Virus record (IMG/VR): IMGVR_UViG_3300047159_000056
Span: 1 to 64,000 of that record
Strand: one strand, 5' to 3'
Length of the DNA stretch: 64,000 bases
Origin: a virus
Lineage: Duplodnaviria > Caudoviricetes
The translations under genes and the position numbers were made by a program. This document shows positions 11,069 to 21,795 of the stretch, piece by piece. The notes below the pieces were generated by a model, which did no database searches, was not told the origin of the DNA, and was given only the letters and a program-made list of their open reading frames with translations. The first letter of the stretch is position 1. Each line of letters begins with the position of its first letter.

Positions 11069-11742
11069 TATATTTTATATGCTTTTGTTCTAATATAATA
11101 ATTCTCAAAAAAATAATTAATATCATCCAAAATTTCTATTGATGTTTTCGGATCTACTTTTAATAGGTATGATTGAGAAGTATAATCTAATATTTCATTC
11201 ATTAATAACTCCTCTATACATTTAAATGTGGATACCTCAATATTTTTATAAGTTCCATAATAGCTATCAAAGGATATTATATTTACTCCTCCTGTATTTT
11301 TATCTCCTAGGGCTAATGATAATTGACCATAACTATCTACCATATGTATTATTTTGGTCAAATCCCAACTCTTAGGAAAATTTTCTTTGTTTAATTTTCT
11401 CATCCTATGTCCGCTAATCAATCTATTAAATTTATTTTCTAGAATATCTAAGTGATTACTAGATAAGGTAAATTTAGTTTCTAGATTAGTAAATTCAGTT
11501 TTGCTAATATCTTTTTCAATAACGTGAACTAATTCATCAACACTATTAGAAAAGGGAAGCTTTATACCAAGATCATCCTCTTGTAATCTTAAACCTCTAA
11601 CTATCTTAGAATTATCTCTTATATTTCGATTTTCCACTAAATATTTTTTATTAATCATATAGTCTTTATCTGTGCAACTTACATAGATATTTGTTACTCT
11701 ACAATCATTTATTAATCCTTTTGACAATAATTTAAATTTCAT
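11068..11742 (-). CDS. hypothetical protein (YK-tail family)
   Basis: 224 aa, begins MKFKLLS, ends KAYKI. Confidence 0.78.
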   Translation of the reverse strand: MKFKLLSKGLINDCRVTNIYVSCTDKDYMINKKYLVENRNIRDNSKIVRGLRLQEDDLGIKLPFSNSVDELVHVIEKDISKTEFTNLETKFTLSSNHLDILENKFNRLISGHRMRKLNKENFPKSWDLTKIIHMVDSYGQLSLALGDKNTGGVNIISFDSYYGTYKNIEVSTFKCIEELLMNEILDYTSQSYLLKVDPKTSIEILDDINYFFENYYIRTKAYKI

Positions 11743-11767
11743 TTTTCTTCTTTTTAATATAAGGAAA

Positions 11768-12430
11768 CTAGAATTTATATTTTTTCATATCTGGATTAGA
11801 AACAATATTACATTTTCTCATAATATAATCCAATTCTTTTTTAGTTATCAATAGTTTATTTACCGTATTTGGAGCACTACAGATGGTATTAAGACTATCA
11901 TAATAAGATTGCTCTGAATCAAATGTCTGTATCTTAATACTACAATTTATCTGATATTTCTTGATAGTTGTTTTTTCTTTCTTATATACCACATTTATTG
12001 TTGTTCTAAGACTTTCAAAACAATATATAGTATAGAATTTTGTTATTATTCTATCTACTTTTTCTACTCCTTCTCTCATAGTTCTAAGATTACCTATCCT
12101 AATTCTTAATTTTCTAACATCTTCTGTATATTTTATTATTTTTGATTTCTCCTTAATATACCTAGATCTACTTATTATTTTTTCCAGAGTTTTTGGGCCT
12201 GGTTTTTGTAATCTAGCTGGTACAAATCCTAACTGACTATACGTAAAATAAACTCTCTTAACTGACCCATCTGGATTTGTATAGAAAACATGCTCAATAG
12301 AACAGTACTCAGTATTATTGTGAACTTTATTGTTATCTATATTTAAATACAAATTAGAATTACCTCTACTAATTACAGTTGATGTATCTAGTATGGTAAT
12401 ATTTATTTGTGTCTTATATACATTTTTCAT
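11768..12430 (-). CDS. hypothetical protein (YK-tail family)
   Basis: 220 aa, ends KKYKF. Confidence 0.75.
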   Translation of the reverse strand: MKNVYKTQINITILDTSTVISRGNSNLYLNIDNNKVHNNTEYCSIEHVFYTNPDGSVKRVYFTYSQLGFVPARLQKPGPKTLEKIISRSRYIKEKSKIIKYTEDVRKLRIRIGNLRTMREGVEKVDRIITKFYTIYCFESLRTTINVVYKKEKTTIKKYQINCSIKIQTFDSEQSYYDSLNTICSAPNTVNKLLITKKELDYIMRKCNIVSNPDMKKYKF

Positions 12431-12963
12431 AGCTTAAATCTTAATGGTTGACTCTTAGTTACAGTATCTATCTCTGTAAACAATTTATCACCCATATCTT
12501 TAGAAATCTTAAAATATTTTAAACCACCATTAAGAACATCTATTCCAATATCAATTAAGTATAGAACACAGTTAGTCCAATCAATAAAATCAATCCTACT
12601 AAAAAGTATAGACTCTCCAAGATTGCTTATACTAATTGATGTATATGTAGAAGTATCAAAATCTGATCCCCTAGAAAGAATATAATAAGTAATTTTTTCG
12701 GATTTACCATAATATATAGAATATGGTTCTACATCGATAATGCTATAATATTTATTTACTAGGTTCTCTTCTTCAACCATTCTAAATAATTTCTCTTCTA
12801 TTCCTAAAATTCTAGAACTAATATTAATGACCTTATTATATTCCCTATTGTATCTTTTATCACTAATAGAAGTATTAATAAACTTAGTATAACTATCTAT
12901 AGGATTAGGATTCCATTTCCATTGAGATCTTTTATCAGATAATCTGATCGTTAATTCAAACAT
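12427..12963 (-). CDS. hypothetical protein (YK-tail family; start probably further upstream)
   Basis: Ends LRFKL. Confidence 0.65.
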   Translation of the reverse strand: MFELTIRLSDKRSQWKWNPNPIDSYTKFINTSISDKRYNREYNKVINISSRILGIEEKLFRMVEEENLVNKYYSIIDVEPYSIYYGKSEKITYYILSRGSDFDTSTYTSISISNLGESILFSRIDFIDWTNCVLYLIDIGIDVLNGGLKYFKISKDMGDKLFTEIDTVTKSQPLRFKL

Positions 12964-13113
12964 CCTAGAACCGTATATAATATGTGTATATTTACAAAAA
13001 TAGAAAGAGAATACAGATATTCTATTAACTAATTCTTCTATAAATAATTACTTTGTGATAACTATTTGTAGAAGGATCACTAGGTATGCATTCACTTGTT
13101 GCTATATATTCTA

Positions 13114-13515
13114 TCATAATTTATAATGACTTTTAGTTTGCAGCTCATACAACACTTTCTTCAATCTTTCTACTAAGAGATATATGCGTTCAAAATTTTC
13201 ATCATCTTGCGTAACATAATAGTATCTATTATTTTTTATATCCTCTTCATTTAAATATTCTGGAGCCTTTAATAGATCCTGTAGATTATTTACTGTCATA
13301 TACTTACCTGAAGCATCAACTCTTATATATTCCTTTGATCTAAGAAACTTACTCAATTTAATTTTATCGGATTTAAGTCTAAAATTTTCAATAGAAGTTT
13401 TAGCTTTTTTATTAGAAATAATACTAATATTCTCCACAGTATTTTCTCCTGTCTTGCTGATAATATTTATGTATGATCTACCATTAGTCTTCTTAGAATG
13501 TATAAATGATCTCAT
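13114..13515 (-). CDS. hypothetical protein
   Basis: 133 aa, ends SHYKL. Confidence 0.65.
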   Translation of the reverse strand: MRSFIHSKKTNGRSYINIISKTGENTVENISIISNKKAKTSIENFRLKSDKIKLSKFLRSKEYIRVDASGKYMTVNNLQDLLKAPEYLNEEDIKNNRYYYVTQDDENFERIYLLVERLKKVLYELQTKSHYKL

Positions 13516-13545
13516 AGTGATTAAGAAAAATCTATGTAGCGTGTA

Positions 13546-13968
13546 CTAAATATCAGCATCAGAATTCTTTATTTCTAGCTTATTATAATCAGTATCACTC
13601 TCTACTAGTAATAGATTTTTTACTTCATTTAGTAAATATTCAGGATGTAGTAAGTTTCTATCAGACTCTATTCTATTTTCATTCATATACTTACTTATGA
13701 AATTATTAGGATCTACTACATTATTATTAAAGTCAAAATTAGCTTTATAGTAGTAAGATTCTAAAGAATAGTTTGGATCCTTTGTTATTTTTCCGTAGTA
13801 ACTATTTAACCTACAACGATCTGCAATAAACTTAGTATTGAAAGACCTATATAGAAACATGACAGAATCAGTCATTAATTTTTTTAATAATCCGTCAGGA
13901 CCAATATTTGTATAATTAAATGTTCTAACTATTAATTTTAACATAATTTTTTTATTTTTCATTTTCAA
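13546..13968 (-). CDS. hypothetical protein
   Basis: 140-aa ORF behind a promoter motif. Confidence 0.6.
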   Translation of the reverse strand: MKMKNKKIMLKLIVRTFNYTNIGPDGLLKKLMTDSVMFLYRSFNTKFIADRCRLNSYYGKITKDPNYSLESYYYKANFDFNNNVVDPNNFISKYMNENRIESDRNLLHPEYLLNEVKNLLLVESDTDYNKLEIKNSDADI

Positions 13969-14203
13969 TAATAAGGAATTAGAATTGGAAGAGGTGTGAA
14001 AAAAGAGGGAGAGGTTATCTTACTCTCCCTAGCGACCTACCTTAATATTATTTATATTACTACTCAATCATATCGCTAATTTACTATCGCTCTGTACAGA
14101 CATTATTTATATATTTATATTCTATATATATTCTCCATAAGTCTGCCGTGGATAATATTGCTAATTAATATGATAGGTTGGTGTCCGCTCTTTAGAAATA
14201 ACT

Positions 14204-16480
14204 CTATTCTTTATCAGTCAATCTTGAAAGATAGTAGGATCCGTCATTATCTTTCTTTATTTTCTTCATCTGATCTAGCGTTAAATTATTTCCGTATTTT
14301 TCAACAAACTCCATGAATTTATCTTTTCCCATAGATCCATGTTCTCCTAAGTATAAAGCCATTTTTTTAATTAGCTTCATTTCAACTAAGAGATATTTGT
14401 ATGTTTCTTCCTCTAAGTCTTTCCATTTGGCTTTCATTGCATCCTCAAGTGTATAGCTCTCAGAATTATATTTAACCATAGTAGTTTTAGAATCAAATCC
14501 ATCTTGTATATCTCCAGGGGTTATCTTCTCTGTACTATAATTTGTAACTAAGAGAGGGCAGAAGTAACCACATTTAAGAGCTGCTACAGATAGATCATCC
14601 CATGCTTGACTAATATCTGAAGAAGATCCCATTAAACAAGATTCAGCATTATCAGTTCCAAATATTAACTTCTCTGCTTCATATCCTCCTAGTGAAATTT
14701 TGATATTATTGTCTACATCACGTCTACTATCTATCTCTCTATCTTTTTCACTATTATAAGAACAGCAAAATCCTCCTCCATTAGTAGAAACTGATACAAT
14801 TAATTGTGGTGGTACTCCTGTTGTAGCTGCCATCATAATAGCATGACCAGATTCATGTACAGAATTTATATATCTTGTTGATACTTTTGTTGGATCTCTA
14901 AGTGAACCTAGTTGAAGATTGTAATTATATTCAACCTTTCTAGAATCATCAAACTCCAAAACTATAGTAGTATTAGATATCATAAAATTAAGATTCTCGG
15001 AGTCCTCTATATTCTTTAGTCCAATTGATACTTTCTTATCTTCTGGTTTCTTGTTAATTAAGATTTTGCTAAGATAAGGGGTAAACATTGATCCTATTGT
15101 AGTATAAACTGGTCTAACACCCTGAGTTGGAAATACACCTTCTCTATACAAGAGGTTTAAGATTTCCGGTTTAACTTCTACATCAATACCATCAATCTCT
15201 TTTTTAAAATTTCCAATTACTCTATCAACCTCTCTCTTAATAATCTCTTTAAAATTATTAGAGCTTAAGGTTGGATATTTAACTATATTATTTCCAATTC
15301 TAGCTACTTGTTCTGCTCTAAATCTTCTCTTTAATGCTTTTTTAATATCAGAAATAGTTATATGTTCTGTTATTTCTTTAAAAACATCTGCATCTAGGTC
15401 AGGATTAATCTCAGACTCTACTCTAAAAGCTTCATCCAAGTTTCCTACAATAAATACAAGAGATTTATGACAGTCTAGGTTACTATGAGTATTCATCTTA
15501 ATAGATATTTTTCTAAGAAGATCATATAATTCACCAAAAGTAGAAGCTTCAAATAGTTTATCAAATAGTTCTTTGCTATTTGTATAACCCAATTGATTAG
15601 CTCTTCTTCCAATTACTCTAACAAATTCAAGAGGTATAATTTTAAGCGGGCGATATGGATCATCTTTATCCTTAACTCCTGGTGCTTCTTCCTCTTCAAT
15701 TTTTTCTTCCAAGATATCTGGTGTATACTCTTTGTCTGCATCTTTATCTGCAAATTTATCCATGCTGGGAATTTTTCTCCAGCTATAAACATAATAACCT
15801 ATATTCTCCAAGATAAATTTTACCTCGGACGGATCATTTACAATATTATCTTTTAACTTAATATTTGGATTTTGTTTAGCTATTGGAGATATATCATCAA
15901 TAAAATCTAAGAACTTGTTAAATTCATAGTCATAATTATCTGTTATATCCATTAAGCCATCGTCTATTATCTTCCAAATACATCTTATATTAGCTCTGGA
16001 AGGTAATTCAGATCCTCCTTCATCTAGTGTTTTTGCATACTGAAATTCATCAAAGACAAATACCATAGTTTCAGATCCCATTTCTTTATCCTTATTAGCT
16101 ACAGAAGCGTCATCTCTATCTATACCTAGTAAGTCACAAGTTGATTGTACTATATCATCTTCTCTTGATCTTTCGTCTGCCTCTTTTCCACAATCTATGT
16201 AGAGCGATCTTTTGTCTAGTTCAAGTAATTCTATCAATCTCTTGGTAACACTACTTTTTCCAGTACCAGTCATTCCCCATAGACTAACAATAACAGGTCT
16301 TTTTATTATTTCTGGCGTTACATACCAAGGCTCCACTGAATTGAATATCTCATCTATTATATTATCTAGACCAACAAATTCTTTCTTCAATGTCACCTTA
16401 GCAGCATCCAGTTTTTCTATACGTTCCTGTCTACTGAGTTCTTTTAAATCTACAATATTTTTATTATCCATAAATTGCAT
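14204..16480 (-). CDS. AAA+ ATPase fused to an M41 (FtsH-type) zinc peptidase domain
   Basis: Walker A GMTGTGKS, Walker B VFVFDEF, HESGH, LGGYEAEKLIFG, GSSSDISQA; no N-terminal TM. Confidence 0.85.
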   Translation of the reverse strand: MQFMDNKNIVDLKELSRQERIEKLDAAKVTLKKEFVGLDNIIDEIFNSVEPWYVTPEIIKRPVIVSLWGMTGTGKSSVTKRLIELLELDKRSLYIDCGKEADERSREDDIVQSTCDLLGIDRDDASVANKDKEMGSETMVFVFDEFQYAKTLDEGGSELPSRANIRCIWKIIDDGLMDITDNYDYEFNKFLDFIDDISPIAKQNPNIKLKDNIVNDPSEVKFILENIGYYVYSWRKIPSMDKFADKDADKEYTPDILEEKIEEEEAPGVKDKDDPYRPLKIIPLEFVRVIGRRANQLGYTNSKELFDKLFEASTFGELYDLLRKISIKMNTHSNLDCHKSLVFIVGNLDEAFRVESEINPDLDADVFKEITEHITISDIKKALKRRFRAEQVARIGNNIVKYPTLSSNNFKEIIKREVDRVIGNFKKEIDGIDVEVKPEILNLLYREGVFPTQGVRPVYTTIGSMFTPYLSKILINKKPEDKKVSIGLKNIEDSENLNFMISNTTIVLEFDDSRKVEYNYNLQLGSLRDPTKVSTRYINSVHESGHAIMMAATTGVPPQLIVSVSTNGGGFCCSYNSEKDREIDSRRDVDNNIKISLGGYEAEKLIFGTDNAESCLMGSSSDISQAWDDLSVAALKCGYFCPLLVTNYSTEKITPGDIQDGFDSKTTMVKYNSESYTLEDAMKAKWKDLEEETYKYLLVEMKLIKKMALYLGEHGSMGKDKFMEFVEKYGNNLTLDQMKKIKKDNDGSYYLSRLTDKE

Positions 16481-16544
16481 TTTAAATTTAATGTCACAAT
16501 TAAGGAACCGGGGGGCTTACAAACCTTATTTTTGATATAAACTA

Positions 16545-17252
16545 ATGAAAAAAAAATATATGGTTATAGAAGTTTTAAGCCAAAAGTACAAAGTAGGATG
16601 TGAAAGAGGAGCAGGACAGATAACAAAAAAGTTCCTTCTAGTTCAACTTAATACAATAATAGAGTGGTCTTTCTGTAAATTTCCACCAGATGAAAATGGG
16701 AAAGAGAATAAAGAATTTTTGGGAGATTCACCAGAACTTAAGCCAGGAGATGTATTTCTATTTGAAGGACAAGTAATTGCAGTAGACTCAGAGGAAAGAC
16801 TGGTCTTAGTAATTAGTGAAACTGGAAATAGAGCTCTGGAAAGAATTTGGAATGATACAATTGAGCCAGAAATCAGAATGGTATTTGATGTAGAATCAGC
16901 TGATAAAGTAAAATGGGAATCAGCTAGAAGAGAAGATATCCCAAAAGAATATAATGATACCTCTCTTCCATACAATACTTATAAAATTTGGAAGGATCAT
17001 TTTGTAGCAGGTCGTTTCGAAGATGACGATAACCTATGTATTATGTGTGAGGTTACAATGGAAGACTATTTCATCTTCCCAGTAACAATATTTATGAAGA
17101 GGTGGACAATAGCTTATGATCCAGAAGAATTTTCAGAGGATGATGAACTAAATAAAAAAATTCTAGAACAAGTTGTATCTTGGTTCTATGATAATGAGGA
17201 GAGAAAGGCTTATATAAAACCAAAATCTCCTACCGATGAAAAGAAAAAATAA
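16545..17252 (+). CDS. hypothetical protein
   Basis: 235 aa with its own promoter (16524) and terminator. Confidence 0.8.
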   Translation: MKKKYMVIEVLSQKYKVGCERGAGQITKKFLLVQLNTIIEWSFCKFPPDENGKENKEFLGDSPELKPGDVFLFEGQVIAVDSEERLVLVISETGNRALERIWNDTIEPEIRMVFDVESADKVKWESARREDIPKEYNDTSLPYNTYKIWKDHFVAGRFEDDDNLCIMCEVTMEDYFIFPVTIFMKRWTIAYDPEEFSEDDELNKKILEQVVSWFYDNEERKAYIKPKSPTDEKKK

Positions 17253-17260
17253 AAAAAATT

Positions 17261-17294
17261 AAAGAGTAGATTTTTTACGTCTACTCTTTTTTTT
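17261..17294. terminator. bidirectional intrinsic terminator
   Basis: AAAGAGTAGA/TCTACTCTTT hairpin with A and T tracts, between convergent genes. Confidence 0.8.
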
Positions 17295-17297
17295 CAC

Positions 17298-17906
17298 TTA
17301 CCTACAATTCAATATAATTATACCTATCAAGTACAAAACAGGAATTGCCCAAATAACCGGTGTCAGGTATTCTAAGACTTGATTTAACCAATTGTCTGAA
17401 CCTTCTACTCTTCCTCGTAATGCTGACATATATAAGAATATAGATATAATAGGTAACAGAAATATTAATACCAGTAATAGTGTTGATAGATTAACCGGAT
17501 AACGCTCTGGAGGATAATCTGAATTCTCATTAACCGAACTTAGAGCATTATTACTCATCCAAATATTGACTTTAGCTCCAATATTTTTTGAACTCTGAGC
17601 TAGGTCTAAGAGGTACTGATTATCACCCATATAATAAATCTGATCTCCCAACTTTACTATGGCATAATGATCTATTACATCTGTTGTATGTTTATCTGGA
17701 AGAGTCTTATAACCCAAGATAGTAACTGTTCTCTTAATAGGTTCGTGGTATTTCTTAATCTCATCCGCTTTATTCAAGAACGGCAAGAATAAAATGAAAC
17801 TAGTCACTATTAAGAGAAAACAGAAATTAAGAAGCATTATAGAACCCTTCCTATCACTATCAGTAAAAACAGAATCTCTAACTCTATAAGATGAGGCTAA
17901 TTTCAT
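17298..17906 (-). CDS. membrane protein (3 TM)
   Basis: Three hydrophobic segments. Confidence 0.75.
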   Translation of the reverse strand: MKLASSYRVRDSVFTDSDRKGSIMLLNFCFLLIVTSFILFLPFLNKADEIKKYHEPIKRTVTILGYKTLPDKHTTDVIDHYAIVKLGDQIYYMGDNQYLLDLAQSSKNIGAKVNIWMSNNALSSVNENSDYPPERYPVNLSTLLLVLIFLLPIISIFLYMSALRGRVEGSDNWLNQVLEYLTPVIWAIPVLYLIGIIILNCR

Positions 17907-17910
17907 ATCT

Positions 17911-18339
17911 TTAGAGCTTATTTGTAATAGTTGTTCTAATATCTGAAATCTTCCTAATTAGATCTCTTGTGTCTTTATCCAATTCACTTAAAACCTTTTT
18001 ATTTTCCTCATCTACTCTTTCTGATACAGCTAAGATTTTCTTTGACAGTTCATTATCACTAGTCAAAAGAAATACTCTATCAGCCAGATCGCACAAATCT
18101 AGAGATCTTTCAGTAGAAGTTTTCTTTTTTAAGCCAATGATCTCTTTAATCTTGGCTGCCTTTTGGTCTTCTGTCAAGGTTTTATCATTAACTACGTCTT
18201 CTATCAGGTTAATCTTTTCTTTGTCAGACCTAATGATATTCTTTACATCATTAGAGGTCTCCTGATAAAACTCTTTTCCATTTTTCACTACTGAATCTGC
18301 TACTTTCTTTGCAGCATTAACCATTTCTTTTAGTTTCAT
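17911..18339 (-). CDS. coiled-coil hypothetical protein
   Basis: 142-aa charged helical ORF. Confidence 0.7.
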   Translation of the reverse strand: MKLKEMVNAAKKVADSVVKNGKEFYQETSNDVKNIIRSDKEKINLIEDVVNDKTLTEDQKAAKIKEIIGLKKKTSTERSLDLCDLADRVFLLTSDNELSKKILAVSERVDEENKKVLSELDKDTRDLIRKISDIRTTITNKL

Positions 18340-18345
18340 AATTAT

Positions 18346-18861
18346 TTATTTTTTAAAGTCATTAATATTCATTGCTAAGCCAAGCCCAATTAATCCTCTA
18401 TAGTCTATCATAAACTTATCTAGGAATCTTGAAACTTGGTATGATATTGTTTTACTTGTATCTAATAAGGGAATAGAGAAATATTTATATCTTGTTCCCT
18501 TTTCATCTAAGCAACAATTTATCTGCGCAACTAAACCATCGGGATATTCTTTTACTATGGCATTCTGAAAGTTTGTAAATTTTTCATCAGATACCTCCCG
18601 AGCTATTTCTTCAATTGGCAGAATATTATTGCAGTATCTTCCACTGGCCTGTATTATTTCTACTAGATCTGTAATAGGATGCAACAATGGACGACAGTGT
18701 TCAATATCAAAGCTCTTATCTCCATCACCAAGTTGTCTCCTAACTAGATCAATTTTCATAGGTGTGTACTCTAATCCATCATCTATGTTTAAAATTCTAG
18801 GCCCAAACTCTAATCTCCTAACTAAATCTTCTACTAGTAGGTCTATTAAAATTGTTTCCAT
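18346..18861 (-). CDS. hypothetical protein
   Basis: 171 aa, promoter upstream. Confidence 0.75.
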   Translation of the reverse strand: METILIDLLVEDLVRRLEFGPRILNIDDGLEYTPMKIDLVRRQLGDGDKSFDIEHCRPLLHPITDLVEIIQASGRYCNNILPIEEIAREVSDEKFTNFQNAIVKEYPDGLVAQINCCLDEKGTRYKYFSIPLLDTSKTISYQVSRFLDKFMIDYRGLIGLGLAMNINDFKK

Positions 18862-18891
18862 TTCTTATTTTCCTTTATTCATAAGTAAGGA

Positions 18892-19263
18892 TTAGTCTCC
18901 CTTCCCCATGATAAAAGTAAAGATTGATTGTATAGCTTGATCTATTATTGGTTCTGGATCCTCTATTACTTCAGGATTTATTTGTAAGTAAGATCCTAAG
19001 TCACTTGAGATAAATGAAATAGGTATGTCATCTTGCCCACTTATTTCTTTTAAGATTAAGACATTCTTTTCTGGAACACCTAACCTATCTCTATATTCCA
19101 AGATACTAGAATCCTCCTTCGATCTTAAGAAGTTTATTCCACCTTCACCAAAAATCAAACCAATATCTACTTCTGACCACCTATCCTCTATTTGACAGAG
19201 AACCTTAGATGCTAGAACTGAATCTTCTAGACATGCAACTAAGTAATTAATTTCATTTTTCAT
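18892..19263 (-). CDS. hypothetical protein
   Basis: 123-aa ORF. Confidence 0.7.
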   Translation of the reverse strand: MKNEINYLVACLEDSVLASKVLCQIEDRWSEVDIGLIFGEGGINFLRSKEDSSILEYRDRLGVPEKNVLILKEISGQDDIPISFISSDLGSYLQINPEVIEDPEPIIDQAIQSIFTFIMGKGD

Positions 19264-19304
19264 AACAATAAGAAGAAGAGGCTTTTACACCTCTTCTATT
19301 TTTT

Positions 19305-20378
19305 TTATGTAAGTGATAATATATAGTAACATATTAAATTAATGCAACTCTCTACATCACTCCAATTCGCCTTTTCATTAATACAATGCATATACAGATT
19401 AGGTATAGATACTAGAGCAGTTTTAATATCAGCTCCATCCATTTGTATTCTAGAAGTATTTGTACCACCAGGAGTAGTAGCTTTAGTCTGATACATTATA
19501 TCATTAGATTTTGCAATATCTACAAGATCTTCTACTAGATCTCTGTTTTTGTCTGGCCCAAATGGTATAATAGCACCCTTACCAAGTTCTATATCTCCTT
19601 CCAATGACTTATTTACTCCACCAATATCAACAGGTGTAGCATGATCAACATCTAGGTCAATGGAAATATTTGGCTGTATTCTTCTAGCAGCAACGCCAGC
19701 ACTTCTAGCTCCTACTTCTTCTTGAGTAGTAGCAACACCAATGACTGATATTCCCTTTCTTTCCAATTTCTTAGAATCAAGTCTCCTAAGAATCTCCTCT
19801 ACTATATATACTGCAATTTTATCATCAATTCCACTAGATATAATAAAATCCTTTCCTGGTCCAAACTCTAAGTTCATATGAGAGTTATCAAAAACAACCA
19901 AGTCTCCAATTTTAATACCCATATCTTCTACTTCTTTCTTACTAGTAGCACCAACATCAAGAACTAAGTCTTCCGTTTTAATAATTGACTTATATTCTTC
20001 ATCGCTCTCAAGATGTATAGCCTTCTTACTAATGAATGCTGGTATCTTTTCTCCAGCTGAAGTTATAATCTTAAACCAAGCATCAATAAAGGTTTTTCTA
20101 TCTGAACCCCCTTGTCTAATAAAATGAATATATCCAGCGTCAGTTATCCTTTGAACCATGAGAGCATTATTGTCTATATGACCACTCAACATGATTTTTA
20201 ACTTAGGATTTTCTGAACAACCAATACTCCAAGCCGAATTCCAGAAATTATCCGTAAATTCTTCTTTTGCAAACTTGGACATTTCATCTCTAAATACTTG
20301 AATTCCTTCTTTCTCCCAACCACTAGGGGTAGCAGATTGAAGGAGCTTACCTAAAAATTCCTTGTTCTCTTTTTTCAT
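19305..20378 (-). CDS. M42 family (TET-like) aminopeptidase
   Basis: SGHID, GIDDK, TQEEVGARSA, DLDV, GGTN, IPNLYMH metal-binding motifs. Confidence 0.9.
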   Translation of the reverse strand: MKKENKEFLGKLLQSATPSGWEKEGIQVFRDEMSKFAKEEFTDNFWNSAWSIGCSENPKLKIMLSGHIDNNALMVQRITDAGYIHFIRQGGSDRKTFIDAWFKIITSAGEKIPAFISKKAIHLESDEEYKSIIKTEDLVLDVGATSKKEVEDMGIKIGDLVVFDNSHMNLEFGPGKDFIISSGIDDKIAVYIVEEILRRLDSKKLERKGISVIGVATTQEEVGARSAGVAARRIQPNISIDLDVDHATPVDIGGVNKSLEGDIELGKGAIIPFGPDKNRDLVEDLVDIAKSNDIMYQTKATTPGGTNTSRIQMDGADIKTALVSIPNLYMHCINEKANWSDVESCINLICYYILSLT

Positions 20379-20589
20379 TCTTATTCTTAAAATTATAGTT
20401 CATCAATTATAAGGTTTCAGTCCTAAGTCTATCATATATAAAACTTTTCAGTAATTTCTTTTTTCGATAACTTATTATATCGAACCCACTCTTTTAGCTT
20501 ATCTGATAGACTCTTCTCTGAAAATAATAATTCTTCAGCAAAAGTTTTAGCGTCTTCTTTACTAGAAAAAGCCATTATAGTCTATGAAT

Positions 20590-20850
20590 TTATTTGTTCC
20601 TAATTTTCTTGTAATTTAAAATACTATCTGGTTCTATAGCATAATCTGGCACAACACATCTCCAGTGAGAATATAATCCACGTCCAAATTTTTGATATAG
20701 GATATAAGATTTATTTCCTTCACTGTTAATGAATTCAACCGTTTCAAATTCTCTAGAATATATAAATTTTTTATAATTATCTAAGTAATCGGCCACTAAG
20801 TATGCAATAATAAGCCCAGCTATTATCATTAAAATCTCATAATAATTCAT
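20590..20850 (-). CDS. membrane-anchored paralog 5 (frameshifted; continues towards ~20410)
   Basis: N-terminal TM; the family motif AFSSKEDAKTFA continues in another frame. Confidence 0.6.
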   Translation of the reverse strand: MNYYEILMIIAGLIIAYLVADYLDNYKKFIYSREFETVEFINSEGNKSYILYQKFGRGLYSHWRCVVPDYAIEPDSILNYKKIRNK

Positions 20851-21250
20851 CTTCTTTGCTTACTAAAGTTCGACTATTAATTTCTCTTTTCTCATTCTTT
20901 ATAACTTTATCTACATATCTTATAGCCGCCATCCTATCATTATAACCCATATAGCGGCTATCTGGTGTAGATACAGAAAATTCACCAACAAAGGTAGGAA
21001 CCTCATATGTCCAATCTTCACTAACTACTTTTCCAGATTTTTCTTTATAGTACTCTAGTTTTCTGAACACAACATAAACAATATTTCCATCTTTGTAAGA
21101 ATATTTAACTACTTTAAATTTATCAGTTATTCTAGTACAAATCTTTTTATTGATATTAATAAGCTTAATTATGCTCTCTATAGCAAGTCCTATAAGAACT
21201 CCTACTATAGTAAATACTATAATTAAAATCAATGCATTAGTTGAATTCAT
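20837..21250 (-). CDS. membrane-anchored paralog 4
   Basis: N-terminal TM, FKVVK..YVVFRK..W..EVP. Confidence 0.75.
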   Translation of the reverse strand: MNSTNALILIIVFTIVGVLIGLAIESIIKLININKKICTRITDKFKVVKYSYKDGNIVYVVFRKLEYYKEKSGKVVSEDWTYEVPTFVGEFSVSTPDSRYMGYNDRMAAIRYVDKVIKNEKREINSRTLVSKEDELL

Positions 21251-21795
21251 AATATAATCCTTTCTTTTTTAATTGTTTTAAATGTTTCCTTCTTAGATGT
21301 TTTAACTATTTTTAAAGTTTCTCCAATTCTCTCTTCTGATCTTAGTAGACTTATGACAAATTGTTTAGCATTTTCTCTAGATAAGAATGATGTAACACTA
21401 GCACCTTTGTAGTCTACTAGTTTCCACATCTTTCCTAGATCACATTCTAACTTACAATATATATCATTCTCTCTTACATGTCCAGTAGTTCTAAGTTTTT
21501 TGGTATCCTTATCGTACCGAATATAATGATCACCTTGCCAAAGTTTTATAGGAATCCACTTATAATAGAATATAAAGTATTTCATCCTATATTGTCTACT
21601 AAGAAGAATTATTTCCCTTGACTTATCCCCAATAATTGTTTCTGTTCTAAAATTATTGGTAGGATATAGGAAAGAACTATCCGATCCTTCTGCACTTACA
21701 CTTCCTAATCCCACTATAAAAGTAATAGGGATCATTAGTATAATAAGCCACTTTATAGTAAACATAATCTCACTAATAATATAAGCACTTGTCAT
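21247..21795 (-). CDS. membrane-anchored paralog 3
   Basis: N-terminal TM, SFLSRENAKQF. Confidence 0.75.
   Translation of the reverse strand: MTSAYIISEIMFTIKWLIILMIPITFIVGLGSVSAEGSDSSFLYPTNNFRTETIIGDKSREIILLSRQYRMKYFIFYYKWIPIKLWQGDHYIRYDKDTKKLRTTGHVRENDIYCKLECDLGKMWKLVDYKGASVTSFLSRENAKQFVISLLRSEERIGETLKIVKTSKKETFKTIKKERIIL

Noticed and set aside
14130-14140. ATTCTCCATAA shared with array unit 7, as a possible target
   Set aside because: Only 11 nt in AT-rich DNA, and the ATG opens a 7-codon frame; expected by chance
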